NCBI GenBank assembly: GCA_964552005.1
Contig: CAZKFC010000004.1
Span: forward strand, 1 to 59,542
DNA from: an uncultured Methanosarcinales archaeon
GTDB lineage: Archaea; Nanobdellota; Nanobdellia; Woesearchaeales; GW2011-AR15
Length of the DNA stretch: 59,542 nucleotides
Direction of reading: 5' to 3'
Below, piece by piece: positions 9,101-19,272 of this stretch. A program made the position numbers and the translations under genes. The first letter of the stretch is position 1. Every line of letters begins with the position of its first letter. The notes under the pieces are model-generated. The model was not told where the DNA came from. It saw only the letters and a program-made list of their open reading frames with translations, and searched no databases.

Positions 9101-12100
9101 TCAGTAATTTCAAATTCTACAGGAGGCATTAATTTAAGCTGGACAGTTCCGTCTAGTCCTGCGTTAGGTATTTATAAAATAGGGGCAAATGACACAACAG
9201 ATTATAGTTTGAGCATAAATAACACTTTTGAGGTAGTATCTGCTATAATTACAGCTGATAAGGGCAGTTATGAACAGGCAGAGATTGTTTATATTAGTGG
9301 AAGCGTCTGGGACCCTGGCTATGAGGTTACAGTTAACATTACAGATCCTAATGGTATAGAAGTTTTTGGTCCTATAAATTATACGGCAAATGCTTCTGGC
9401 AATATAAATGCAACATGGGCCCTTCCTATAAACGAATCATTAGGAAGTCATATTTTAATGGCGTATGAACCAGATAGTCCAACTAAAAAAGACGATTATG
9501 TATTTACAGTCACGGCCAGGACTGTAACAATAACAACGCAGTATCCATGGTATAAAGAATCAGAGCAGGTAAATATTACGGGATATGGTTTCAGTTACAA
9601 CAATAATGTTACTATTAACATATATAATGCAACAGGCCAGTCTATTAGTGGTTACCCAAGAGATGTTGTAAGCAACAGCACGGGAGGCATTAATGACAGC
9701 TTCACAGTAAATAATTTGGTTAGCGGCACTTATAATATAATAGCGAATGACACTTTATATCCTGCTTTAGGAGATACAACGATATTTGAAATTGTCAGAG
9801 CTAGAATTTATACAGATAAACAAACATATGACAATGGCGAGACAGTTACAATATATGGACAATATTGGGACAGACTAGTTAATGTAACTATAGATGTTAT
9901 AAATGAAACAGGATTGTCAGAGGCAGGATATCCACAAGATGTTATTACTAATAATAATGGGGAATTTATTCACCAATTAACAGCCCGTGCAATAGGGTTA
10001 TTAGCTACAGTGTTTAATGTTACTGCTGCTCAGCTTCTTGACTCAAGTGAAAATGCCTCTACTAACTACACAGTTCTAAGACAGGCTGTCATTGATACTG
10101 ATAAACCATATTATCCTATCCAGACAAATGCAAATATAACAGGACAACAGTATAGTCCGGATGATTACGTTACTTTATGGGTTAAAAGTAGGGATAACGG
10201 AGGTACAGCTTTAACCTATCCAAGAAGTATAGCAACAGATTCTCTTGGTGAGTTTAACCATTTGTTTAACACATCTAATTATTGTGGAGGTAATTATACT
10301 GTAATTGGAACTGACCAGACATATCCTTTATTATTAAATGCTACTGCCAACTTTACTATAACAAATTGGTGGGATTCTGCCTGGGAAAAAAGAAAACCTC
10401 TATCAATAATTGAACCAGACGGTGTTGCAAGAACAAATACAATTTTAGAAGTTAATATTACTGGTTTAACTGGGTTTATAAGTGATTGTGATGAACTAAG
10501 GATTATTGATTATTTGTATAATCATGACGGCATTGTTTTGGAAAGCAGTTTATATGGTGGTGACGACTCTTCTTTCTGTACAGTAAGGTTTTACGCTAAT
10601 ATAAGTGCCAATGAAATAACGTCAACACGAATTTACGCGTATTATAATAATAGCGCGGCCTCCCCTCTAAGTACTTCCATGCCGTTTAATGAAGTTATCC
10701 ATCAGGATAATGGTGAAAATGCTACTTTAAGAAATACATGGACAGACGATCCGTTTGGCACAGATACTGCTACATCAGGATGGTGGGCTTGGGACAATCC
10801 TGAATTGTATGGAGATCCTGCCCAGCCAGAAGATGATGTTTCAGATCCAGGTATTTATGCCTTATTCACTGGCCCTACAGGAGATAATACAGGCACAGGC
10901 TACCAAGGAGATGTTGACGGCGGCAACACTTCAGTAACAAGCGGAACTATAGATATATCTGGATGGCGCAGCGCAAATTTGTCTTTTTACAGATGGTATT
11001 ATAGTAATGACAACGGCGCTAATAACGATGATACCTGTGCGATGTATGCCAGTACAAATAATGGCACGACATGGCCCTTTACAATATTTGTTTTAAATGA
11101 TGATGACATTGGCGGAGATCCTGACGGTTATAACCAATGGGACCAAACAGAATTTGTCTTGGAGAATATAATTAATAATTTTACTAGTGAATTTAGATTA
11201 TTAGGATTGGGAGAAGATTTTGGAGATGGTGATATAGTAGAGTGCGGGTTTGACGAGTTTGTGATAACAGCATATGTCAGCAACATTAATGTTACTGTTG
11301 GAGCAAGTGAAGATGATTATGTCTGTCAAGATGTGGATTATAGTAAGCCAGTTGTTAAAGATCTTAATGTAAATCCAGATCCGCAGCAAATTGGTTACGC
11401 AGTAAATATTACAGTTAATGCTACTGATGATTATTATGTGGGTGTTGTAAAAGCCAGAATTACAATGCCGAATTCTACGATTTTTGAACTTGTGATGAAT
11501 GATACAGACAGTGATAATGTGTATAATGTTACATATTTTTCAACATTGAAACTAGGCTTATATAATGTTACAATACTTGCTAATGATTCTGTAAGAAATT
11601 CAAATTACACAACAAAAACTAGTTTTGAAATAGTCTTGCAAAATTTGTCTATAACAACAGATAAACAAAATTATGTTGCAGATGAAGTTGTTTATATTTA
11701 CGGTACAGGCTTTAATCCTTTTGTTAATGTTACAGTAAATATAACTGATCCAGATGAAGAATCTGCATTGGCAACGTCAGTAATTTCAAATTCTACAGGA
11801 GGCATTAATTTAACATGGACAGTACCCCCTTCACCAATCTTAGGCTTTTATATTATTAATGCCAATGACACCTCTAATTATAGTAGAAGCATTGATGATG
11901 GTTTTGAGGTAGTATCTGCTATAATTACAGCTGATAAGGGCAGTTATGAACAGGCAGAGATTGTTTATATTAGTGGAAGCGTCTGGGACCCTGGCTATGA
12001 GGTTACAGTTAACATTACAGATCCTAATGGTATAGAAGTTTTTGGTCCTATAAATTATACGGCAAATGCTTCTGGCAATATAAATGCAACATGGGCCCTT

Positions 12101-15100
12101 CCTATAAACGAATCATTAGGAAGTCATATTTTAATGGCGTATGAACCAGATAGTCCAACTAAAAAAGACGATTATGTATTTACAGTCACGGCCAGGACTG
12201 TAACAATAACAACGCAGTATCCATGGTATAAAGAATCAGAGCAGGTAAATATTACGGGATATGGTTTCAGTTACAACAATAATGTTACTATTAACATATA
12301 TAATGCAACAGGCCAGTCTATTAGTGGTTACCCAAGAGATGTTGTAAGCAACAGCACGGGAGGCATTAATGACAGCTTCACAGTAAATAATTTGGTTAGC
12401 GGCACTTATAATATAATAGCGAATGACACTTTATATCCTGCTTTAGGAGATACAACGATATTTGAAATTGTCAGAGCTAGAATTTATACAGATAAACAAA
12501 CATATGACAATGGCGAGACAGTTACAATATATGGACAATATTGGGACAGACTAGTTAATGTAACTATAGATGTTATAAATGAAACAGGATTGTCAGAGGC
12601 AGGATATCCACAAGATGTTATTACTAATAATAATGGGGAATTTATTCACCAATTAACAGCCCGTGCAATAGGGTTATTAGCTACAGTGTTTAATGTTACT
12701 GCTGCTCAGCTTCTTGACTCAAGTGAAAATGCCTCTACTAATTATACTGTTGTTAGAACAGCAATTATAAATACAGACAAAGATAATTACGTTCAGTTAG
12801 AAACTGTTAATATTACAGGTTTGTATTACACGCCTGATGATTATGTCAAAGTCTGGATTAAAAGCCGGGATAATGGCGGTACTGCTATTGACTATCCGAA
12901 ATTAATTCCAACAGATTCTTCAGGTAATTTTAATCATATATTTGATACTAACTCGTATTGTGGCGGTAATTATACAGTTATTGGTACAGATGAAACACAT
13001 CCTGTTAACTTAAATGCGTCTGCAAATTTTACATTAAGAGATTGGTGGGATTCTGCCTGGGAAAAAAGACTTCCTATATATTTAACAAATTTAGAAGCTC
13101 AAGACAGATATAATGAAAGAATATTCGTCAATGTTACAGGTTTAGCTAATAATATTAGTAGTTGTGTAGATGAAATTAGAGTTATATCAACAATTACTGG
13201 AGCAGAAGTACCAGTTAATATTGTTGGCGGAGATAACAGCAATTATTGTGAGGTTATCTTTTTAGGCAATATTACAGCATTAGCTGTAAATGAAAGCAAT
13301 TATTATGTTTATTATAATAATTCAGCGGCTTCAGACCCAGGTTATTCAGATCTTGAATTATATAGTTATGCTATTCATTTCACGGGTATAGAAGCAGATG
13401 ATACAGCACCATGGGACGGCTGGGTTTCAGGAGGAGCAGATGCATTAGAATCAAATTTATATTCTGCTGTTGACGATTCAGGTGCTTCAGGAGGTACTGA
13501 TAGTATTGAAGTCCAAGATAATGATGCAACTGGCTCTTACACTGCGCAATCTTTTGATTTATCATCAGCTTGCGCTGGTAATTCATGTGACTTCTTTAAT
13601 TTCTCAGTTTATTTATACCCGGAAAGTTATGATAATGCAGATGAAGGTTTTGATATCTGGTGTGATTATGGTACAGGAAGTGCTTATGAACTTGCAGACT
13701 GGAAAGATTCTGGTCCAATTGGTAGAACAATCTGTGGTGTTGAAGCTCCTGAAAATACTTGGACAAAAGTGGAATGTGATTTATCACCTTGTACGATTGA
13801 TAGCACAACTGAACTTAGAATTACCAGTCAGGACTCTACATCAGGTGGCAATGGTGACCAAGTTTATATTGACGGTCTAAATATTACAGGTTATAGAAGA
13901 TCTGCGTTAAATATAACAAGTTCAGTATCTAATGTTCAAGAATATTTTGCTTGTATTCCGTTTGATATTATAGAGCCAAATGTAGTAATAAACGAACCAT
14001 TGAATTATTATAACACAACAGATGTTACTCCAGAAATTAATTTTACAATTACAGATAACCAGGACACAATATTAAATTATACAATTTTTGTAGACGGTGT
14101 TTATTATGGCCAGAACGGCACTGTTAATAATAACACACCTAAATTATTAAACTTAAGCACACTTGCAGAAGGCGTACGTAATATAACAGTACAGGCTATG
14201 GACGATTTCAGGAATGCTAAAAATAATTCTATTATTATTATAGTTGATTTAACAGGACCAATAACAAATATAACTCAGCCGATTAATTTTACAAATATAA
14301 CAGGCTCTTCTTATAATTTAGCAGCAGTATCATCTGATGCCTTGACAGCAGTTGACACAGTAAGATTTTATTACAGACCAAATGATACTGCAATATGGAA
14401 TTTTGCATGTTCTGACAATAGTGAGCCATATCAATGTTCTTTGGACATATCTTTGTTGAAGGATGGTGATGCTTACCAAGTTAGAGCGTATGGTAATGAC
14501 ACTTTAGGCAATATAGGACAAAACTATACTGTATATAATATTACATTAGATAGAACAGGACCAATTGTTACAATTACAAGTCCAGTTAATTTCACAAATA
14601 TAACTTCTAATTCATACACAATACAGACAACAGCGTCTGATGCATTGTTAGAAGTTGACACTGTCTTTTTCTATTATAGAGAAAACAATACCGCAACATG
14701 GACATTCCTTGGCACAGACAGTAGTGTTCCGTATAGATGGACCTGGAACCTTACTTTGTTGAATGACGGTGATTCTTACCAAGTAAGAGCTTATGGTAAT
14801 GACAGTTTGGGAAATGTTGGTTATAATTACACAGTATATAATATAACAGTTGATAGAACACCGCCTGATATTAATAATATAAATATTACTCCTGAGCCGC
14901 AGAAAGTTGGCCTTACAATTAATATAACGGCTAACATTTCTGATAATTTTAAAACAGTTGATTATGTTGAAGCACAAATAATATTGCCAAACACTAGCCA
15001 GATTAATCTTGAGATGAGAGATGATAACTCTGATTCTATATATAATGTTACCTTTACTAATACTTTGTTAATTGGCACATATAATTTGACAATTTTTGTT

Positions 15101-18100
15101 AATGATACTTTAGGAAATTCAAATACTTCTAATTTAATAAATTTCACTATTATTTATGACGATCTTTATTTAATAACAGACGATATTAAATATGTCACAG
15201 GCGAAACTGTTTATATAACAGGAGAAGGATTTAATGCTTATGGTAATGTAACAATTAATATTTATAATGAAACAGGACAACCAGTTAATAATTTTCCTAG
15301 AGACGTAATAAGTAATAGTACAGGTGGTTTGAATGATTCATGGCTTATTCCTGGAGGACAGCCTCTTGGTATGTATACAGTAAATGCAACTGATATTACT
15401 GATTCAAGCAGGTCAATAGAAACAACATTTGAAATTGTTGCAGCTATTATAAGTACCTTACAAGAGATTTATCAACAAGCTGACATGGTTAACATAACAG
15501 GTGAGTTCTGGGATCCTAATGAAAATGTTACCATAAATATAACAGACCCTACTGGTGTTGAAGTATATGGTCCTATCAACATTACAAGTAATGCTTCTGG
15601 ATTTTTAACAGCTAATTGGTCCAGTAACTATAATTCAACTATTGGCGAATACATATTAATGGCTTACCAGCCAAGCAATCCAAACAAATATGATACACAT
15701 GTATTTAATATTACACAAAGAACTGTATATTTGCTAACAGATTATCCATGGTATAAACAAGACGACACTGTCTATATAACTGGTTATGGTTTTTCTCCTA
15801 ATATTAATGTTACTATTAACATATATAATGCAACAGGCCAGTCTATTAGTGGTTATCCAAGAGACGTAATAAGCAACAGCACGGGCGGCATTAATGACAG
15901 CTTCACTGTAAATAATTTGGTTAGCGGCACTTATACAATTAATGCAACTGATGATCTCTATAAAAACTTGAATAATATAACTACATTTGATATTGTGTTT
16001 GCAACAATAACAACAGATAAATCTGCTTATATTAATGGCGAAACCGTCTATATAACAGGTAATTACTGGACTAAAAATGTTAACATTACTATTGATATAA
16101 TTAATGAGACAGGCCAATCTATACCTAATTATCCAAAAAACGTTACCTCTTTAAATGATGGCAGTATAAGTGATTCATTGACTGCTGTGGCTATAGGACT
16201 GGGCACAACACAGTATAATATTACAGCTTTTAACCCAAACAAAGCAGAGGAAAATGCCACTGCTAACTATACAGTATCAAGAGTTGCCTTGCTAAACACA
16301 GACAAAACAGAATATGATAAGGATGAAGATATTAACATAACAGGCGAATTTTACTCTCAAAATGGGCCTGTGGAGATAATTATAAGATATCTAAATAATT
16401 CTGGATTTGGTTTTTATTATCCGAAAATAATATACAGTAATATAGATGGGGATATCCAGCATTTATTTAATACTTCATATTTATGTGAAGGCGAATATAT
16501 TATTGAAGTTAGTGATTTAACTTTCTCAAGTTTATATGCAAATACAACATTTAATGTAAGTTATTATGAAGATAATTCTACGTTGGAAAATGCTGATAAC
16601 AGTGATGCTTCCGGCGTATATAATGTGTTTGGAGGCAGTACAAGTGATACTTATTCATCAAATAATAACTGGCAATCTCTTGGAAGTATCAACTACAATT
16701 CTAATTTTACAGCATATCTTAACTATACTTTTAATATCAGTAATTTAAATGCTGATCCGTACAGAATTTATAATATAACATTTAGCGTTGAATACTGCCA
16801 TAGCGGCGGCGAATCAAGCCCGCAGTGTAATCAAAATGATCCGCATGAAGGCGAAGTATTTGGACCTCAATATATATATCTATTTAATTTTTCCAATAAC
16901 GAATGGTTTAACTACACAATATTGCCTGTTAATGATATCTCTGATAGTGAATCAATATTTGAATTTAATCTTTCTACTGGTATTCCTGACTTTGTTCAAA
17001 ATGATATTATTTATGTAAGGTATACAGTCAGCTTTAACCAAACTGGTTCTTTGGATGATCATCTTTTAATAGATTACTTTGATATGAATATTACTTATGA
17101 ATCTCAAGTTGAAAGAGCGTGTACACCTTTAACTACAAAAAGTTTAAATGTGCAGAATTATGATGACAGCTTTGTTATTATTGAGAATACTAAAATTAAT
17201 GTTTATAATTTATCAAATGCTATCATTGACACAGGTAATGGAACCTACTTTAGATATTTACCAGGTGATGAGCTAAAAGTAAAGGTTATTACACCTTTTG
17301 CAAGTGATAATCTTACATATGAAATTTTCGACTTAAACTTCTCAGGCAGTGTAAATATTACTAGCCAAGTAAATGAAAATTACAGTTATTCATTACCAAC
17401 ATTAATAACAAATGTAACACCATTAATAGCAGTAAATGACTCACAAATTAAATTTAGCAAAGCACAGTTAATAATACCAAAACGAAGCCTAGAAATAAAT
17501 ACTATTTTACATTGTATAAATTATAATTACCAAACAGCAGAATGTCTGCAGTTCGAGCTAAATGAAACAGATGATTTTGAGTATAATGAAACTAATGATT
17601 ATATTAAGTTCAATGTAACTTATTTTGATGCATTTGGCGGTGGTCCTGGAGATACTCTACCAAATTTAACAGAGATAAGGATATATAATGTAACTGGCTT
17701 AGCAAACAAACATAGTGGTGGTACTTTAATCCATTCAGGGTTAAACACAACTTTTAATTTGACAGGTAATAATATCTACAGGGTTGAATTTGCCATTACA
17801 AATGAAGGCAGGAAATGGAATATTGATGCTGAAGATTATGCGTATCATAACGGATTAAATGAAACATGGCAGATTAATAATACAGGAGATATATGGTATA
17901 CAGATGGTAGCGGTGCTAATTATACAGGTGGCATTTTTAATAATGGCAAGGTAGAATGGAATTTAAGCTTAGGAGGCACATATAGTTCAGGAGAATCAGG
18001 AACGTTTTACTATGTTGTTAATATAACTACTGATATAACAGATTGGTATTCTGTATATTTTGTTGTAAATGACACTTCTAAAACAAGTGGTAGTACAGAT

Positions 18101-19270
18101 GATTCTACTTATAGAATATTTGACGTTATAAAGCCCTATATTATATTAAATGAGCCGTTACAAGAAGATAATTTATCTATTGGCTATATAATATTCAACT
18201 GGACAGCTGTTGACAATACTAACTTAAATTTAAGCTGTGACTTATTAATTAATGATGCTATTAATGTTAGTGGAATTACTACACAGAATAATGTTTCAAC
18301 CACAACCAATATTGAAATAGGAACATCAGCAAGATATAACTGGAGTATTAATTGTACTGATTATGACGGCAATTCTAATATTAGCGAAACAAGGAATTTT
18401 ACTGTTATAGCAGGTCCGTTGGATATTGACATTAACATCAGCTCTGATAATTCATCTATTGAAATAAACTGGTCAGCTGCACAATTTGCTGAATCTTATA
18501 ACATATATATAACAACAAACTATACATTAGGATTTTCAAGCACACCAAACATTACAGGTATAACAGACTTGAACTGGACAGATATAAATGGTTTTGACAG
18601 TAATAGAAGATATTACAAAGTTGCGGCTGTAAAAGGTGATACTGCTGCTTTAAGCACTAAAACAGTTGGTAAGCATACTAACGAGTTAATACCAACATGG
18701 AATTTGATAAGTATTCCGTTCAATATATCAGAATGGTTATTATATGACGGAATAAATGGCAGAGATATTTTTACTCAGCCAGGAAATTGTATAATGTCTT
18801 TGTGGAGGTACAATGCAAGTAATCAAAGCTGGGAAAGAACAGATTATAATGGTGTATGGACACCAGCATCAGGCAGTGAGAACTTTTTGGCGTTGGAAGA
18901 TGGTCGTGGCTATTGGGCGGAGATTAGTAGTGCGTGTAACATTACTTTTTACGGAAATGTGCCTGTTAATAATAGAAGTTATAATTTGGAAACTTTATGG
19001 AACATGATGGGGCATTACTCAAGTAAAGATCCTTTATTACAGGATGAGTCTGTGATGAAACCAATTAATGTTGTGCCAGAAAATTCTGTTGAGATAATAT
19101 TAAGGTATAATACAGTAGCAAATAAATTTGAGGTAACAGTACATTACCCAGGATATGGTTGGTGGCCTTCTTTCAATAACCAAGATTTCATTTACTTAAA
19201 TCCGATGAAAGGTTATTATTTTGATAATAGCCAATTGGCAACATGGACACACAATCCTAATATAGGCTAA
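6152..19270 (+). CDS. giant (4372 aa) secreted/surface repeat protein with MG2-like Ig modules, DUF2341-like and jelly-roll domains
   Basis: N-terminal signal/TM helix; 18 T-D-K-x-x-Y-type module starts; two WWDSAWEKR motifs; very dense N-x-S/T sequons; RBS GGAG upstream. Confidence 0.9.
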   Translation: MREKRFLLLLGIFLALAILFTISQPQQDIISTDKYNYTINDTITIKLNYTDFNNTKLEILNKQHTYNFFNPQQLIKFLPKEYGLHIIQFFKNSNLLDTAQFNVINPEPKLEAQDKVIEPTITKIFTDKNEYNLSEIVTIIIETEEDLSLFTLEITNIKTYKFFNLKSHNIKFLPSLPGDYDVVLKKDKDVIADTSFIVTNAIEKFFISPSKKPNFKILNRRNLSLKLKSLKQTLPNKLTVEIEDSPVKKIEFTNLALDNATLKIDNINKKFKINNKDIVNSYAIDPTQLSFDNATVTVTARGIELWKCKDWDFNQQLCQGSWVKLQDITPGKNYTFLLNAQDPGFAETGVATVNTKKPIYHPYETVDIIMVVLDEQGYLRDANVQLTVTNPNNITYNVPTFRTSKGIYESTFSNTAIEGNYILFVNASGNNVNSSLTSNFLVQNYYEFDILRNTPVTIDPFKGPFESSIRIFSYNYTGNFNFTEVLPINFTVYEATGAILTSDTDNIYLTWTNLQNNSIVNYTANSPLSTPYLYVLGPSFIVYNTIFTEARPWYLAVDPTYYGIHFTGFEADTTAPWDGWSDPGADAQRSTVRSYCTDTACGGGGAASIEVQDNDATGSYTAQTFDLSAPCGGVACDSLTLSLYVYPNSYDNADEGFDIWCDYGTGSAFELADWKDSGTAGRTICGVEAPENTWTKVECDLTQCTLDGAVEIRITSQDSTSGGNNDQVFIDGINITGIRNIPPNVTALVYPGNGNSVSEGVVDFNFTVEDVDSTIQNCTLYNNFTGDWEADRTITSISETAVNSISVTAPAGVYIWNVLCFDDEGKSDWYTSNYTVIVDSAPVLTNFLIEPTLESITRDINISINVTDDYSVTVIAQITLPNTSQYNYTMTDADSDDIYNLTFTGTSIAGLYNVTIYVNDSYGHINDSNKGNFTINLENLSITTDKQNYVADEIVYIYGRGFNPFVNVTVNITDSTGDPALDTSVISNSTGGINLSWTVPSSPALGIYKIGANDTTDYSLSINNTFEVVSAIITADKGSYEQAEIVYISGSVWDPGYEVTVNITDPNGIEVFGPINYTANASGNINATWALPINESLGSHILMAYEPDSPTKKDDYVFTVTARTVTITTQYPWYKESEQVNITGYGFSYNNNVTINIYNATGQSISGYPRDVVSNSTGGINDSFTVNNLVSGTYNIIANDTLYPALGDTTIFEIVRARIYTDKQTYDNGETVTIYGQYWDRLVNVTIDVINETGLSEAGYPQDVITNNNGEFIHQLTARAIGLLATVFNVTAAQLLDSSENASTNYTVLRQAVIDTDKPYYPIQTNANITGQQYSPDDYVTLWVKSRDNGGTALTYPRSIATDSLGEFNHLFNTSNYCGGNYTVIGTDQTYPLLLNATANFTITNWWDSAWEKRKPLSIIEPDGVARTNTILEVNITGLTGFISDCDELRIIDYLYNHDGIVLESSLYGGDDSSFCTVRFYANISANEITSTRIYAYYNNSAASPLSTSMPFNEVIHQDNGENATLRNTWTDDPFGTDTATSGWWAWDNPELYGDPAQPEDDVSDPGIYALFTGPTGDNTGTGYQGDVDGGNTSVTSGTIDISGWRSANLSFYRWYYSNDNGANNDDTCAMYASTNNGTTWPFTIFVLNDDDIGGDPDGYNQWDQTEFVLENIINNFTSEFRLLGLGEDFGDGDIVECGFDEFVITAYVSNINVTVGASEDDYVCQDVDYSKPVVKDLNVNPDPQQIGYAVNITVNATDDYYVGVVKARITMPNSTIFELVMNDTDSDNVYNVTYFSTLKLGLYNVTILANDSVRNSNYTTKTSFEIVLQNLSITTDKQNYVADEVVYIYGTGFNPFVNVTVNITDPDEESALATSVISNSTGGINLTWTVPPSPILGFYIINANDTSNYSRSIDDGFEVVSAIITADKGSYEQAEIVYISGSVWDPGYEVTVNITDPNGIEVFGPINYTANASGNINATWALPINESLGSHILMAYEPDSPTKKDDYVFTVTARTVTITTQYPWYKESEQVNITGYGFSYNNNVTINIYNATGQSISGYPRDVVSNSTGGINDSFTVNNLVSGTYNIIANDTLYPALGDTTIFEIVRARIYTDKQTYDNGETVTIYGQYWDRLVNVTIDVINETGLSEAGYPQDVITNNNGEFIHQLTARAIGLLATVFNVTAAQLLDSSENASTNYTVVRTAIINTDKDNYVQLETVNITGLYYTPDDYVKVWIKSRDNGGTAIDYPKLIPTDSSGNFNHIFDTNSYCGGNYTVIGTDETHPVNLNASANFTLRDWWDSAWEKRLPIYLTNLEAQDRYNERIFVNVTGLANNISSCVDEIRVISTITGAEVPVNIVGGDNSNYCEVIFLGNITALAVNESNYYVYYNNSAASDPGYSDLELYSYAIHFTGIEADDTAPWDGWVSGGADALESNLYSAVDDSGASGGTDSIEVQDNDATGSYTAQSFDLSSACAGNSCDFFNFSVYLYPESYDNADEGFDIWCDYGTGSAYELADWKDSGPIGRTICGVEAPENTWTKVECDLSPCTIDSTTELRITSQDSTSGGNGDQVYIDGLNITGYRRSALNITSSVSNVQEYFACIPFDIIEPNVVINEPLNYYNTTDVTPEINFTITDNQDTILNYTIFVDGVYYGQNGTVNNNTPKLLNLSTLAEGVRNITVQAMDDFRNAKNNSIIIIVDLTGPITNITQPINFTNITGSSYNLAAVSSDALTAVDTVRFYYRPNDTAIWNFACSDNSEPYQCSLDISLLKDGDAYQVRAYGNDTLGNIGQNYTVYNITLDRTGPIVTITSPVNFTNITSNSYTIQTTASDALLEVDTVFFYYRENNTATWTFLGTDSSVPYRWTWNLTLLNDGDSYQVRAYGNDSLGNVGYNYTVYNITVDRTPPDINNINITPEPQKVGLTINITANISDNFKTVDYVEAQIILPNTSQINLEMRDDNSDSIYNVTFTNTLLIGTYNLTIFVNDTLGNSNTSNLINFTIIYDDLYLITDDIKYVTGETVYITGEGFNAYGNVTINIYNETGQPVNNFPRDVISNSTGGLNDSWLIPGGQPLGMYTVNATDITDSSRSIETTFEIVAAIISTLQEIYQQADMVNITGEFWDPNENVTINITDPTGVEVYGPINITSNASGFLTANWSSNYNSTIGEYILMAYQPSNPNKYDTHVFNITQRTVYLLTDYPWYKQDDTVYITGYGFSPNINVTINIYNATGQSISGYPRDVISNSTGGINDSFTVNNLVSGTYTINATDDLYKNLNNITTFDIVFATITTDKSAYINGETVYITGNYWTKNVNITIDIINETGQSIPNYPKNVTSLNDGSISDSLTAVAIGLGTTQYNITAFNPNKAEENATANYTVSRVALLNTDKTEYDKDEDINITGEFYSQNGPVEIIIRYLNNSGFGFYYPKIIYSNIDGDIQHLFNTSYLCEGEYIIEVSDLTFSSLYANTTFNVSYYEDNSTLENADNSDASGVYNVFGGSTSDTYSSNNNWQSLGSINYNSNFTAYLNYTFNISNLNADPYRIYNITFSVEYCHSGGESSPQCNQNDPHEGEVFGPQYIYLFNFSNNEWFNYTILPVNDISDSESIFEFNLSTGIPDFVQNDIIYVRYTVSFNQTGSLDDHLLIDYFDMNITYESQVERACTPLTTKSLNVQNYDDSFVIIENTKINVYNLSNAIIDTGNGTYFRYLPGDELKVKVITPFASDNLTYEIFDLNFSGSVNITSQVNENYSYSLPTLITNVTPLIAVNDSQIKFSKAQLIIPKRSLEINTILHCINYNYQTAECLQFELNETDDFEYNETNDYIKFNVTYFDAFGGGPGDTLPNLTEIRIYNVTGLANKHSGGTLIHSGLNTTFNLTGNNIYRVEFAITNEGRKWNIDAEDYAYHNGLNETWQINNTGDIWYTDGSGANYTGGIFNNGKVEWNLSLGGTYSSGESGTFYYVVNITTDITDWYSVYFVVNDTSKTSGSTDDSTYRIFDVIKPYIILNEPLQEDNLSIGYIIFNWTAVDNTNLNLSCDLLINDAINVSGITTQNNVSTTTNIEIGTSARYNWSINCTDYDGNSNISETRNFTVIAGPLDIDINISSDNSSIEINWSAAQFAESYNIYITTNYTLGFSSTPNITGITDLNWTDINGFDSNRRYYKVAAVKGDTAALSTKTVGKHTNELIPTWNLISIPFNISEWLLYDGINGRDIFTQPGNCIMSLWRYNASNQSWERTDYNGVWTPASGSENFLALEDGRGYWAEISSACNITFYGNVPVNNRSYNLETLWNMMGHYSSKDPLLQDESVMKPINVVPENSVEIILRYNTVANKFEVTVHYPGYGWWPSFNNQDFIYLNPMKGYYFDNSQLATWTHNPNIG
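9226..10065 (+). repeat. ~840-bp internal direct repeat, copy 1 (copy 2 at 11902..12741)
   Basis: Translations are identical from FEVVSAIITADKG to ENASTNYTV; DNA was identical in every segment compared; offset 2676 bp. Confidence 0.9.
11902..12741 (+). repeat. ~840-bp internal direct repeat, copy 2
   Basis: See copy 1. Confidence 0.9.
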
Positions 19271-19272
19271 AA

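Noticed and set aside
6364-19007. Many short alternative-frame and antisense ORFs inside the giant gene, and similar ones inside hppA, tfb, DRG GTPase, OFOR and NYN
   Set aside because: Fully nested in well-supported genes; typical shadow ORFs
6152-19270. Alpha-2-macroglobulin call for the giant protein
   Set aside because: MG2-like starts are present, but no thioester CxEQ motif or A2M C-terminal region was seen
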